Assembly: GCA_021108295.1 (NCBI GenBank) | Contig: JAIORF010000102.1 | Location: forward strand, 176,027 to 224,680 | Reading direction: 5' to 3' | Source of the DNA: a bacterium | GTDB taxonomy: Bacteria; Patescibacteriota; Dojkabacteria; SC72 | DNA length: 48,654 bases | Part shown: positions 18,222 through 27,790 of the stretch, piece after piece | Layout of the letters: each line of letters starts with the position of its first letter | How positions within the stretch are numbered: position 1 is the stretch's first letter | Notes under the pieces: model-generated | Seen by the model: the letters and a program-made list of their open reading frames with translations, nothing else | Told to the model about the DNA's origin: nothing | Database searches by the model: none | Made by a program: the position numbers and the translations under genes

Positions 18222-19250
18222 TTAGAGCAAACCTAAGTATATTCCTACTATACTTGCAAAAGCCGTAAACAACCAAAACCTCATGACAATTTTGTACTGT
18301 GGCCAACCTAGGGCTTGAAAGTGATGATGGAGAGGAGCTATCTTAAAAACTCTTCTCTTAAAGAACTTCAAGCTGACTAATTGAATCATACTTGAGAGCA
18401 TAATGACCCAAGTCATACCAGTAATTAGAAAGTAAGGGATTAAGTTGTCTGTAATTAGAGCAATAAAGAAAAAGATAAAACCCAAAGGTATTGCACTAGG
18501 GCCTCCATTCCAAAATCTTGCAGGGGGAATATTAAAATACAGATCAACGATAATGACTCCAAGGGTAATTGCTAGTATAGGGATAAATGTATAAAAGCCT
18601 TGTATAAGAAGGAGAACTATAAAAGCAATATCAACAATTGCAAAAATACCAATCATTAGACCGTCTAGACCATCAGATAGCTCTGCAGAATATACTGCAA
18701 ATTGACCTATTAAGCCAAGAATAATTATAAGAAGTGGAGAGATTGATAGGGAGATTATATTAAAAAATGAAAGAGAGTTAAGTTCTCCAGTATTATACAA
18801 AAGCGTTAGGACAAAGATATTAAGAAGTGTAGCAACTAAGAGCTTCCCTAATCTCCACGAAAAAGTTTCTTGAAAATTTCTCATCTTTGGATTGTTCCTA
18901 AAGCCGTTTGTGAAAATAGCAACATCTATAAACCCCCATAAGCCAAAAAGAGCAAAACCGATCATTAGGACTTCAATTATAGGAGTTAAATCTACCAAAA
19001 GATATGTTAGAAGAGGTACCAAAATCCAAACTATTATACCACCCATGTTTGGAGTACCATTGGTCTTTTGTGTATTCATAATACGCATAAAGAGGGCGTT
19101 TGTACCTTTACCTTCGGTAAGATTTGTTTTCTTAATCCCACTAACCTGATTGAATTTGTAAAGCAAGGATATCACAATTGGGACAAATATAATTGAGGCA
19201 AGAGTGCTTAGAAAGAGACCTTGTAGACTAAATTTTAATACTTCTGTCAT
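18222..19250 (-). CDS. mraY: Phospho-N-acetylmuramoyl-pentapeptide transferase
   Basis: KTNGTPNMGG, GFIDV, SDGLDGL, FNIPPARF, FKIAPLHHHFQALGW; follows ftsI. Confidence 0.9.
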   Translation of the reverse strand: MTEVLKFSLQGLFLSTLASIIFVPIVISLLYKFNQVSGIKKTNLTEGKGTNALFMRIMNTQKTNGTPNMGGIIVWILVPLLTYLLVDLTPIIEVLMIGFALFGLWGFIDVAIFTNGFRNNPKMRNFQETFSWRLGKLLVATLLNIFVLTLLYNTGELNSLSFFNIISLSISPLLIIILGLIGQFAVYSAELSDGLDGLMIGIFAIVDIAFIVLLLIQGFYTFIPILAITLGVIIVDLYFNIPPARFWNGGPSAIPLGFIFFFIALITDNLIPYFLITGMTWVIMLSSMIQLVSLKFFKRRVFKIAPLHHHFQALGWPQYKIVMRFWLFTAFASIVGIYLGLL

Positions 19251-19284
19251 TACTTCATTCTATATAAGTTAGTTCTCCATTATC

Positions 19285-21096
19285 TCAATTTTCTTTCTGG
19301 ATTTCTAGGTCATTTACAATATCTAAGAAAATATCGTTCCATAGAGGGACTACTGTGAGTGCAGCATACTCTGAAGTTTGAGGCTCGGAGAGTCTCACAA
19401 GCATAATCATCTTAGGATTAATACTTGGTGAGAAGCCAATGTAAGTGGTATTGGTTTTGTCTTCTTGGTAGCCTACTACACCCTCTTTGATGACTTGGGC
19501 TGTACCAGTTTTTGCTGATATCTCATAATCCTTTACACGCTTGGCTTCATAGTCTGGTATACCACCACCCTTTACAACTGTTTGCATCATCATGGCTGTT
19601 GTATTTGCCGTTTCTTTGGAAATTGGTTGTGAGAGAATTTGTGGTATTGTAATTTCCATATCATCTCCCTCAATCATTGCATCCACTATATATGGTTGCA
19701 TTCTTTCCCCGTCATTAGCTACAGTAGCGATTGCAGAAATTATTTGAAGAGGTGTAGCTGAGATACCTTGTCCGTATGAGGCAGTAATAAGGTCTAGCTT
19801 TGTCCATGTGTCAAAGGGTTTAAGATAGCTTGTTGATTCTTCTTGTAACCCAATATTTATGGAAGTACCAATACCAAATTCTTTCATCTTGGTGTAGTAA
19901 TATTCAAAATCTATTTCTAATGCAGTTTTAGCTATACAAGGATTGTTGGAGTTTGCGAACATTTGGGAAAAGTCTTGAGTACCACCTGGGAGTCTATTCC
20001 ATGTATAGATTTTTCTACCCTTCAGGTCTGCATATCCAGTAGCTTCATACAAATCTAACCAACCAGTACTGTCAGTGCAAGTGTAATCTTCTGGGATTCC
20101 AGATTCTATAGCGATTGATACTGTAATCGGTTTGTGTACTGAACCGTACTCATATACATCAGAGACTGCCAGATTTTTGTATATCCAAGGCTCCTGTGTT
20201 AGCCAGTATTCATTGGGATTGTAATCAGGGAAATTGGCCATAGCGATTATCTCTCCAGTTTTTGGATCCATCACAATAGCAGTCCCACTCTTAGATTGGG
20301 TGTCTTTTACTCCTTGTTCAAGTGCTTCCTCGACTTTGAGTTGGATATTAGGACGTATTGTTAATCTAAAGGTTTTACCAGAGCGTGCCTGTAGTGGGTC
20401 ATATTCTGCATTAAGAATTACATTACCACTTGAATCCTTTTCTCCTGTGAAATATCCAGCCTGGCCTTCGATGTCTGAGAAGTAGTAGCCTTCAATTCCA
20501 TATTGCCCTAAATATTCTCCCTCAGAGGTTTTCCCTATGAATCCGAGTATGTGGCTTGCTAGTGAGTTGTTTGGATATGTCCTTTTTATATCCTTCTCAA
20601 AATATAATCCAAGTGTGGGGATATTAAAAACATTTGTTGATTGTAATGCGCTTTTCTTTTCGTTGGAGACCCCTTCTGACAGTTTTACATATCTAAAATC
20701 GTCTGTAAGCTTAGAGTCAATCTCTTCGATGGTTAAACTGAGGATTGTAGCTATCTCTGCGACAAATTCAGCCTTTTTAGAAAAGAATTCTTCTCTTTCA
20801 GCTTTATCAGCGCTCAAACTTGCATATACGTTCCATATGGGTTCGTCTACTGCAAGAATGGTGTTATCAATTGCGAGTATCATACCTCTCTGTGGTAGTT
20901 CTTCTTGTGTATTTGTATATTGTTGAGCTGCCATTGCGACAAAATCATCTCCCTTTATTATTTGCCATCTGAAAGCTTGAAGTAGTACGAGTACTCCAAA
21001 GGAGAGAACTGTAACTACAACTACATTGTAGCCTGATTTGGAAATTTGTTTCTTACGACCTCTTTTTTTGGAATGTAAATGGTTGAGATTACTCAT
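19285..21096 (-). CDS. ftsI: Class B penicillin-binding protein (FtsI-like)
   Basis: N-terminal TM, RGMI, RTYP, GIEGYY, SxxK (GSVHK), SxN (SNN), KTGT; dcw position. Confidence 0.85.
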   Translation of the reverse strand: MSNLNHLHSKKRGRKKQISKSGYNVVVVTVLSFGVLVLLQAFRWQIIKGDDFVAMAAQQYTNTQEELPQRGMILAIDNTILAVDEPIWNVYASLSADKAEREEFFSKKAEFVAEIATILSLTIEEIDSKLTDDFRYVKLSEGVSNEKKSALQSTNVFNIPTLGLYFEKDIKRTYPNNSLASHILGFIGKTSEGEYLGQYGIEGYYFSDIEGQAGYFTGEKDSSGNVILNAEYDPLQARSGKTFRLTIRPNIQLKVEEALEQGVKDTQSKSGTAIVMDPKTGEIIAMANFPDYNPNEYWLTQEPWIYKNLAVSDVYEYGSVHKPITVSIAIESGIPEDYTCTDSTGWLDLYEATGYADLKGRKIYTWNRLPGGTQDFSQMFANSNNPCIAKTALEIDFEYYYTKMKEFGIGTSINIGLQEESTSYLKPFDTWTKLDLITASYGQGISATPLQIISAIATVANDGERMQPYIVDAMIEGDDMEITIPQILSQPISKETANTTAMMMQTVVKGGGIPDYEAKRVKDYEISAKTGTAQVIKEGVVGYQEDKTNTTYIGFSPSINPKMIMLVRLSEPQTSEYAALTVVPLWNDIFLDIVNDLEIQKEN

Positions 21097-21098
21097 AT

Positions 21099-21389
21099 TT
21101 ACCTTTCTGCCAGAACGTTGTCTGCCTGAATATAGAGAGTAGATTGAGCAGAGCCTTTGTCGAAATTAAGCTGTTTTTGTGCAAGTTCTTTTACTACAAC
21201 AATAGAGTTGAGTTTTGCTAATTGTTCATTGATGTTGTTGTTGACCTCCACAAGGTACTCTTTTTCACTGTTTAGGTTTTGTAGTTGTGTCCCTAGTGGG
21301 CTAAGGTTGGAATTAACAAAAAGTTGGGCGACAAAGAAAACAATGGTAGTTATTAGAAAGATTTTTTGTGTTGTATTTATATTGTGCAC
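21099..21389 (-). CDS. ftsL: FtsL-like cell division protein
   Basis: 96 aa with a GTG start, one TM and a coiled coil, lying between rsmH and ftsI. Largely a positional call. Confidence 0.55.
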   Translation of the reverse strand: MHNINTTQKIFLITTIVFFVAQLFVNSNLSPLGTQLQNLNSEKEYLVEVNNNINEQLAKLNSIVVVKELAQKQLNFDKGSAQSTLYIQADNVLAER

Positions 21390-21408
21390 TAGTTAAGTAG
21401 TAAATATA

Positions 21409-22293
21409 TTAAATTTTTATTATCGTTCTCAACTTCGCTGACGATGCTCTTGGATTCTTTTCCAATTCTTCTTTTGAAGATATAGCTATTTTCTTAAAAA
21501 GTAATGTGCCTTTTCCTTCATCAACTTGTTTGTCAAAAAATTCTTTGACAATACGGTCTTCCAAGGAATGGAAGGCAATTACAGAGAGTCTTCCATTTGC
21601 TGCTAAGAGCTCAAAAGACTTATCTAAGCCTTGTTTAAGGCTATTGAGTTCATCATTAACCGCAATACGCAGAGCTTGGAAAACCCTGCGTGATGGGTTC
21701 TTTTGGTTTGGTGCTGCCGGAACCGCCCCATAGATAAGTCTTGTAAGATCTCCAACGGTTTCTATTTCCGAGATGTTGTTCTTAATCTTTTTTGATATGG
21801 ATCTTGCGAAGCGTTCTTCTCCATATACCCTGAAGAGTTTTATGAGCTCTTTCTCACTTAAGGCTTTGAGCATATCAAGAGCGCTTACTCCTAGCTTTTG
21901 ATCCATTCTCATATCAAGAGGTTCGTTGTCTGCTTGGTAGCTAAATCCTCTGTTGTGTGAGTCTTCCAGCTGTCTGGATGAGAGGCCTAGATCCATAAGT
22001 ATTCCATCAGGTTCTTTGGTAATGCCTTTGTCAGTGAGTATTTGTGAAATCTTTGAGAAGTTACTGTTTACAAGTATCCAATTGGTAGGTACTTCATAGA
22101 AATCTTTTACAAAATCAATGGCATGTTGGTCTTGATCAATACTGAGAAGTAGCCCTTGGGATGAAAGTCGGGACAGCATCTTATAGCTATGGCCTCCATC
22201 TCCAAGGGTACAATCAATATAAAAACCTTCAGGTTTTATACTCAAAGATTCAAGACACTCCTCTAGTAGTACAGGAACATGTATTTTAGTCAT
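21409..22293 (-). CDS. rsmH: 16S rRNA m4C1402 methyltransferase
   Basis: HVPVLLEE, DCTLGDGGHS, DLGLSSRQL, PLDMRM, RVFQALRIAVNDEL, FHSLEDRIVK, NPRASSAKLR. Confidence 0.97.
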   Translation of the reverse strand: MTKIHVPVLLEECLESLSIKPEGFYIDCTLGDGGHSYKMLSRLSSQGLLLSIDQDQHAIDFVKDFYEVPTNWILVNSNFSKISQILTDKGITKEPDGILMDLGLSSRQLEDSHNRGFSYQADNEPLDMRMDQKLGVSALDMLKALSEKELIKLFRVYGEERFARSISKKIKNNISEIETVGDLTRLIYGAVPAAPNQKNPSRRVFQALRIAVNDELNSLKQGLDKSFELLAANGRLSVIAFHSLEDRIVKEFFDKQVDEGKGTLLFKKIAISSKEELEKNPRASSAKLRTIIKI

Positions 22294-22729
22294 TACTGTT
22301 TTTGTTCATCTTACTTATTTCTTGAGCAATCTGATCACTGTTTTTCTTTAAATACTCTATTCTTTTCTCCCATTTCCCCTTATCCCATACCTCTACCCAA
22401 TTGACCAATCCCACAAAGATAATTTCATCTTGTAAGTTTGCATGAGTGAATAGAGATTGTGGTATTACAAAACGTCCTTGTGAGTCTAAGTCTATTTCTT
22501 TTGCTCCACCGACTAAGAATCTGCTTGTATCTCGGATATTTTTATCTATAAAAGAGCCGTTTATTACTTCTGATGCTATTGTCTCCCACAATTTCTTGTT
22601 AACAATAATTAACGCATCTTCGTAGCCTCTTGTAAGAATTAGGTTGTTACCTAGTTCTTCTTTGAACTTACTTGGAAGTGATACTCTTTTTTTCTCCCCT
22701 ACTTTACTTGTGTATTCTCCGATTAACAT
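22286..22729 (-). CDS. mraZ: Division/cell wall cluster transcriptional repressor MraZ
   Basis: MLIGEY, KRVSLPSKF, LDSQGRFVIP, EVWD; upstream of rsmH. Confidence 0.95.
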   Translation of the reverse strand: MLIGEYTSKVGEKKRVSLPSKFKEELGNNLILTRGYEDALIIVNKKLWETIASEVINGSFIDKNIRDTSRFLVGGAKEIDLDSQGRFVIPQSLFTHANLQDEIIFVGLVNWVEVWDKGKWEKRIEYLKKNSDQIAQEISKMNKNSND

Positions 22730-22734
22730 TCCTT

Positions 22735-22805
22735 ACTATATCATCTTTCCCCACTTCTCGCCACTTCCTGCCACTAATATACAGCTAAATGCTCTGTATG
22801 GTCAA
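22735..22805 (-). promoter_or_regulatory. Putative mraZ promoters: TTGACC-18-TATATT (22805-22776) and extended -10 TGATATAGT (22743-22735)
   Basis: Motifs read directly from the sequence. The MraZ boxes lie between the two. Confidence 0.5.
22751..22774 (-). promoter_or_regulatory. MraZ operator: three GTGG boxes at 10-nt period
   Basis: The minus strand reads AGTGGCAGGA-AGTGGCGAGA-AGTGGGGAAA just upstream of mraZ, matching the known MraZ direct-repeat boxes. Confidence 0.8.
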
Positions 22806-22946
22806 GTGAGAAATACTACAAGACGGATGTTATTGCAGGAATGTTGTTGCACTGGGGTTGTTACAAAAGATAGTCAGGGGCTTGTAGTTTCTGTTATTGA
22901 TTTTGTGGTAATATTAACTATCTAAATTACAGAACAACTTGTTTGT

Positions 22947-24290
22947 ATGAATATTAAACTATCAATAATTAGGGATAGGTTACCAGAGTTTGAAATTATC
23001 AATTTTGAGGATGTAGAGATTACAGGAGTTAACTATGATACAAGGGAAATAAAGGGTGGAGAGATTTTCTTTCCTTTAAAAGGGGAGAATTTCGATGGGC
23101 ATGATTACATTTCTCAAGCGTTTGATGGTGGAGCTGTAGTTTCTCTGTGTGAGAGTGAGCATGTTGGGAGTGTATGTGACTTAGGGAAACCAATAATTGT
23201 TGTAGATTCAATAAAGGAAGGGTTGGAAAAAGTTGTGAATACCCTCTTCTCTGATATACCAGCCCCAATTGTTGCTATTACAGGTAGTACAGGGAAGACA
23301 ACGACTAGAGATATGTTGGTTTCCATATTAAAGGGAGAAGGTAGTGTACTAAGTACAGATACAAATCTTAATACTTTGTGGGGCAATGCTAAGGTTCTTT
23401 CAGAGTATGATGATCATAAGTATATTGTATTGGAATTAGGTATGGATAGTCCAGGAGAGATTGGCTGGGCATGTAGAGCTTTGGAGCCTGATCTTGGTGC
23501 GATATTAAATATTGGGTATGTACATGCTGAGAATGTGGGTGGTATAGAGAATGTTTATAAGGTTAAGAAGGATTTGGCAGATTACTTACATCGTACTGGT
23601 AAGCCTTTGGTATTGAATAATGATGATCAGTGGTTGAAAGAAATTGAGAGTAGCTACACACATCAACTTTTGACATATGGATACAGTGGGCAAGATTTTA
23701 GGTTGATAGATTCTAAGGTTTCTAAGGAGGGTACTACGTTTGTATTTATACATAAAGAGAGGGAGTATGAGTGTATAGTGGGTGTGTATGGTAAGGAGAT
23801 GGCTTACAATGCTCTCGCTGCTATCGCTTTAGCTGATTTGTTGGGTGTTAGCGTAGAGAAGTCTGTATTAGCGCTTGCTTCATACAAAGGTTTTGCTGGA
23901 AGATTTGAGATAGTGGATTTTAGTGAGAATGTTACAGTTGTCAATGATGCGTACAATGCAAATCCTACTTCTATGAGGATGGCAATTAATACATTTGATG
24001 AGGTGTTTGATAAGGGGGAGTATGAGAGGGTTGTGATATTGGGGGATATGAAGGAGTTGGGAGAGGTGTCTAGTGAGCAGCACAGATTAATTGGGGAGTT
24101 AGTCAATACAAAGGGTTTTGATAGAATACTTTATGTTGGAGATTTCTTTACAGAGTTTGGTGTAGGTGAGAGATTGGATAATTGGCAGGAGGCTAAGAAG
24201 GTGATAGAGGAACTCTCTGGTGATAATGAAGAATCTGTCGTATTAATAAAGGCTAGTCACGGGATTGGCCTTTACAATATAGTTGAGTAG
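22947..24290 (+). CDS. murF: UDP-N-acetylmuramoyl-tripeptide--D-Ala-D-Ala ligase
   Basis: YDTREI, GENFDGHDY, AITGSTGKTTT, LELGM, NDAYNANPTSM, ILGDMKELG, LIKASHG. Confidence 0.9.
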   Translation: MNIKLSIIRDRLPEFEIINFEDVEITGVNYDTREIKGGEIFFPLKGENFDGHDYISQAFDGGAVVSLCESEHVGSVCDLGKPIIVVDSIKEGLEKVVNTLFSDIPAPIVAITGSTGKTTTRDMLVSILKGEGSVLSTDTNLNTLWGNAKVLSEYDDHKYIVLELGMDSPGEIGWACRALEPDLGAILNIGYVHAENVGGIENVYKVKKDLADYLHRTGKPLVLNNDDQWLKEIESSYTHQLLTYGYSGQDFRLIDSKVSKEGTTFVFIHKEREYECIVGVYGKEMAYNALAAIALADLLGVSVEKSVLALASYKGFAGRFEIVDFSENVTVVNDAYNANPTSMRMAINTFDEVFDKGEYERVVILGDMKELGEVSSEQHRLIGELVNTKGFDRILYVGDFFTEFGVGERLDNWQEAKKVIEELSGDNEESVVLIKASHGIGLYNIVE

Positions 24291-24296
24291 ACTACT

Positions 24297-25589
24297 TTAC
24301 TCTACCCATTCAATATCAGCACCCAGTTTATTGAGATTTTCAATAAAGTTTGGATGTGCTCTTTTAATTGAGTCTGCATTATGAATTTTACTCTCTCCTT
24401 CTATCGTGAGTGCTAACATAAGAAGTGCTACGGTAGCTCTAATAATGTCTGGAGCATTTACAGTGGCAGGTTTGAGAGTTTTGTTTCCATATACAATTAT
24501 TCTGTGTGGATCACACATAATCGCTTGTGCACCGAATTTGACAAGTTCAGGTATCCAAAGAAAACCTCCTTCATAAAGCTTATTCCAGAACATTATGGAT
24601 CCATCTGCCTTAACCGCTAACGCTACCATTAATGGTAGTAAATCTGCAGGGAAATATGGCCATGGGGCAGCCTCAATTTTAGGTAACATATTCTTTGTAT
24701 AAGGAGAAAGTATCTCTAGTGTTTGATTCTTTCTTACAATTGCAGTATCTCCCTCGTACTCAATAGTGACTCCTAATTTCTTAAATACTTTGTTTATTAA
24801 TGGGAAATATTGTGGAATTGCATTAGTTACTTTCACTTCTCCACCTGTCATTGCACCTAATGCTAGTAGTGTGGTTATCTCATGATGGTCGGATGATATA
24901 GTAAAGTCTGTACCATGCAACTGCTCTACTCCATGCACAATCACTTTACAGGAGCCAATATTTTCAATGTTAGCTCCCATTTGTACTAAGAAATTACAAA
25001 GATCTTGTACATGTGGTTCAGATGCGGCATTAGTTAATGTGCTAGTTCCATTAGCTCTAGAAGCGGCCATTATGAAGTTCTCTGTGGTTGTAACAGACAT
25101 GTAGTCAGTCCAAATGTTGCCTCCTGTGAGACCGTCTGAGGTGTCTATGGTAATGTGCTGGTCAGTTGTAATCTTTGCACCAAGTGCTTTAAGGATATCA
25201 ATATGTGGGTCTAGTTCTCGGATACCAAGTGCACAACCTCCAATGTTGGTGTTAACTTCAATATGGTTCATTCTTACAGCTAAAGGACCAAGTAGGAGAA
25301 CTGCACCTCTCATACCTAGAGGGAATCCTTTGTCTCCTAAATCCTCTCTAAAAGCCTCATTGTTTATTGTTACTACCTTTTTATCTTTGTCCCAGTCAAT
25401 TTTAGAACCAAGAGATTTCATCAGGTCGATAAGTTGTATGACATCAAGTAGCTCTGGAATATTTCTAATGGTGACAGTTTCATTGGTGAGAAGTGTTGCA
25501 CAAAGGATTGGTAGTACTGCATTCTTATTTCCTGCAGGTGTTATTTCACCACTAAGTTTCTTTCCACCTCTAACTATTAGGTTTGCCAT
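24297..25589 (-). CDS. murA: UDP-N-acetylglucosamine 1-carboxyvinyltransferase
   Basis: GNKNAVLP, GGCALGIRELDPH (catalytic Cys kept), SVTTTEN, AASEPH, PYFPAD, PDIIRA. Confidence 0.95.
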   Translation of the reverse strand: MANLIVRGGKKLSGEITPAGNKNAVLPILCATLLTNETVTIRNIPELLDVIQLIDLMKSLGSKIDWDKDKKVVTINNEAFREDLGDKGFPLGMRGAVLLLGPLAVRMNHIEVNTNIGGCALGIRELDPHIDILKALGAKITTDQHITIDTSDGLTGGNIWTDYMSVTTTENFIMAASRANGTSTLTNAASEPHVQDLCNFLVQMGANIENIGSCKVIVHGVEQLHGTDFTISSDHHEITTLLALGAMTGGEVKVTNAIPQYFPLINKVFKKLGVTIEYEGDTAIVRKNQTLEILSPYTKNMLPKIEAAPWPYFPADLLPLMVALAVKADGSIMFWNKLYEGGFLWIPELVKFGAQAIMCDPHRIIVYGNKTLKPATVNAPDIIRATVALLMLALTIEGESKIHNADSIKRAHPNFIENLNKLGADIEWVE

Positions 25590-25598
25590 ATTATTATA

Positions 25599-26636
25599 TT
25601 AAAAAATTATATTAATCTCAGTGTTTAAAGTAATTCCAGTATTATCTAAGAAATCTTTTTGTATTGTACATATTAAATCATATATTTCTTTTCCACTAGC
25701 ATTCTCGTAATTAGTAACAATGAGTGGATGCCTTACCCAAGTACCACATTTACCAACTTTTCTATTTTTCCAACCCAGTTTGTCTAAAATATAGGCTGCT
25801 GGAATCTTTACAATATTTTTCATATTTGTATCGTAGCTTGGAAGGTCTGGATACTCTTTAAGTAGCTCTTGATACTTGTCTTTTGATATTAATGGATTAG
25901 CAAAAGTACTTCCACAAGAGCCATACTCCCCCACTCTTGGTAGTTTGTCATTTCGGATATCGTTCACTGCATCAAACACCATTTTTATTGTATATGGTTT
26001 TTCATATTTCTTTTCTAATATGTCTGTTATACCTTTGTATTTTAGAAACTCTTTTGGTATTGCCAAATCATCTTCCCATTTCTTGAGTTTGAATGTTATG
26101 GATGTAATTAGGGCACGATTCTTAAGCTCGTGTTTGAAAATGCTGTCTCTGTATGCAAAATTACAATTTTTATTTGAAATATTTTTGATAATACCTGTTT
26201 GAATATCAAAGTATTCAACTGAGAGAAGAAAGTCTTTAATCTCTACGCCATATGCTCCAATGTTTTGTATTGGACTTGCACCACAATCTCCGGGGATATT
26301 GGTTAAGTTTTGAAGTCCGAGGTAATTTTGCTCTACTGTCCAGAGTACAATCTCTTCCCAATTTTCTCCTGCTCCTACCTTTATTGTAACTGTTTTTGTA
26401 TCTTCGTTTAGGATTTCTCTTCCAAGTATGTTTGGATGTATTACAGTACCTTGGAAGTTGTTAACAAAAAGGGTGTTGGATCCTCCTCCAAGAATTAGAA
26501 ACTTCTTGTTGAAGACTTTTTGATTATATATTTCTGTAAGTTCTTCGATAGTGTCAATTTCAATGTATTGGTCTGTATAAAGATCTACTCCGAAAGTGTT
26601 GAGCTCTTGGAGAGATTTGTTTTTAGTAATCTTCAT
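25599..26636 (-). CDS. murB: UDP-N-acetylmuramate dehydrogenase
   Basis: LNTFGV, LGGGSNTL, GAGENW, IPGDCGASPIQNIGAYG, FAYRDSIFK, GSTFANP, LNTE. Confidence 0.95.
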   Translation of the reverse strand: MKITKNKSLQELNTFGVDLYTDQYIEIDTIEELTEIYNQKVFNKKFLILGGGSNTLFVNNFQGTVIHPNILGREILNEDTKTVTIKVGAGENWEEIVLWTVEQNYLGLQNLTNIPGDCGASPIQNIGAYGVEIKDFLLSVEYFDIQTGIIKNISNKNCNFAYRDSIFKHELKNRALITSITFKLKKWEDDLAIPKEFLKYKGITDILEKKYEKPYTIKMVFDAVNDIRNDKLPRVGEYGSCGSTFANPLISKDKYQELLKEYPDLPSYDTNMKNIVKIPAAYILDKLGWKNRKVGKCGTWVRHPLIVTNYENASGKEIYDLICTIQKDFLDNTGITLNTEINIIF

Positions 26637-27790
26637 GATGTAAAGATGTGTGAAAGTATTTGCTCTAAAGCTGTTGTTGGGAAAAGGGTTTTAATCTTTT
26701 TTTTGTTGACACCCAGTTCTCTACTTAGGAAATCTTTTATATATACTGAGATATTTATAGAATTAAGATCTTTTTCAGGTAGAATTTCGGATAGGCCTAG
26801 GCTTGCAAGTGTCTGTGCGTTCTTTGTTTGTTCGTCGTGTGTCACCCATGGGATTGGGATAAAGATAGAAGGTATTTGTAAGACTCCAATCTCATAGACG
26901 GTATTTGCTCCTGCTCTACCGATGTAGAGGTCTATGTTGTGGAAGACAAATCCCATTTCTTTCTCATAGAAGTATTTCACAGGAAGGAATCTCTCTTGGA
27001 TGTTAGGATTTAGTTGATTCCGAATCTTTTTTGCAAAATCATAGTCTTTGAAAACTTGGTTGTTTCCTATTTGCAAAATCACATTGTATTCTCTTAGTAA
27101 AAGGTCAAGATTTTCAAAAATGTATGTATTGAGAAGATGTGAACCAAGTCCTCCACCAGAAATATAGAGGATTGGGAGTTTGTTGTCTTTCATATTGCTA
27201 ATCTTTTCTATATTTTCTCCCTCTCCGTTTTTGTTGAGTATAGAAGTTCTAACTACATTGCCAGTTTGAATTACATTTTTCTTTTTGAAATATTGTTTAG
27301 AAGATTTAAAGGTAATGAATATCTTTTTAGCGAATTTGCTAACAATTTGGTTTGCTAATCCTACTGCTGCTGTTTGTTCGTGTAGATATATTGGTACTCC
27401 TCTTAACCATCCTGCTATACACACGGGTACGCTTACAAACCCTCCTGAGGAAAAGATGAGGTCTGGGTTTATATCTTTTACAAGTTTAAGAGAGTCCTTG
27501 AGCCCAAGGATTGTTCGTAGGGATAGTTTAAGAGAGGAGAATGAAAAACTTCTTTGTAGTTTCCCTGCTCTAATGTAGTGACATTTGAAATCTGCATCTT
27601 TGAAAATCTTTTGTTCAATAGATCTGCCATACTGTTCTCCTACCATTGCAAGGTCTCCACCTATGTATGTGAGATATTTGTAACTTTCAGGATACTTTTC
27701 TTTTATTCCTTCAATTAGCGCAGAAGCTACTGAAAGATGTCCTCCACTTCCACCACCTGTTACTAATATTTTTTTAACCTTTGTTTCCAT
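26633..27790 (-). CDS. murG: Lipid II GlcNAc transferase MurG
   Basis: TGGGSGGH, SSGGFVS, HEQ, GNVVR, GGGLGS, GRAGANT. Start set at METKVKK (27790). Confidence 0.93.
   Translation of the reverse strand: METKVKKILVTGGGSGGHLSVASALIEGIKEKYPESYKYLTYIGGDLAMVGEQYGRSIEQKIFKDADFKCHYIRAGKLQRSFSFSSLKLSLRTILGLKDSLKLVKDINPDLIFSSGGFVSVPVCIAGWLRGVPIYLHEQTAAVGLANQIVSKFAKKIFITFKSSKQYFKKKNVIQTGNVVRTSILNKNGEGENIEKISNMKDNKLPILYISGGGLGSHLLNTYIFENLDLLLREYNVILQIGNNQVFKDYDFAKKIRNQLNPNIQERFLPVKYFYEKEMGFVFHNIDLYIGRAGANTVYEIGVLQIPSIFIPIPWVTHDEQTKNAQTLASLGLSEILPEKDLNSINISVYIKDFLSRELGVNKKKIKTLFPTTALEQILSHIFTS

Noticed and set aside
22779-22798. LexA SOS box in the mraZ promoter
   Set aside because: The half-sites are in the reverse order (ACAG...CTGT) of the CTGT-N8-ACAG consensus.
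19285-26635. Alternative genetic code (TGA = Gly) as in Gracilibacteria/Absconditabacteria
   Set aside because: TGA ends ftsI (19285-87) and murG (26633-35) at expected positions, and core genes are intact under code 11.
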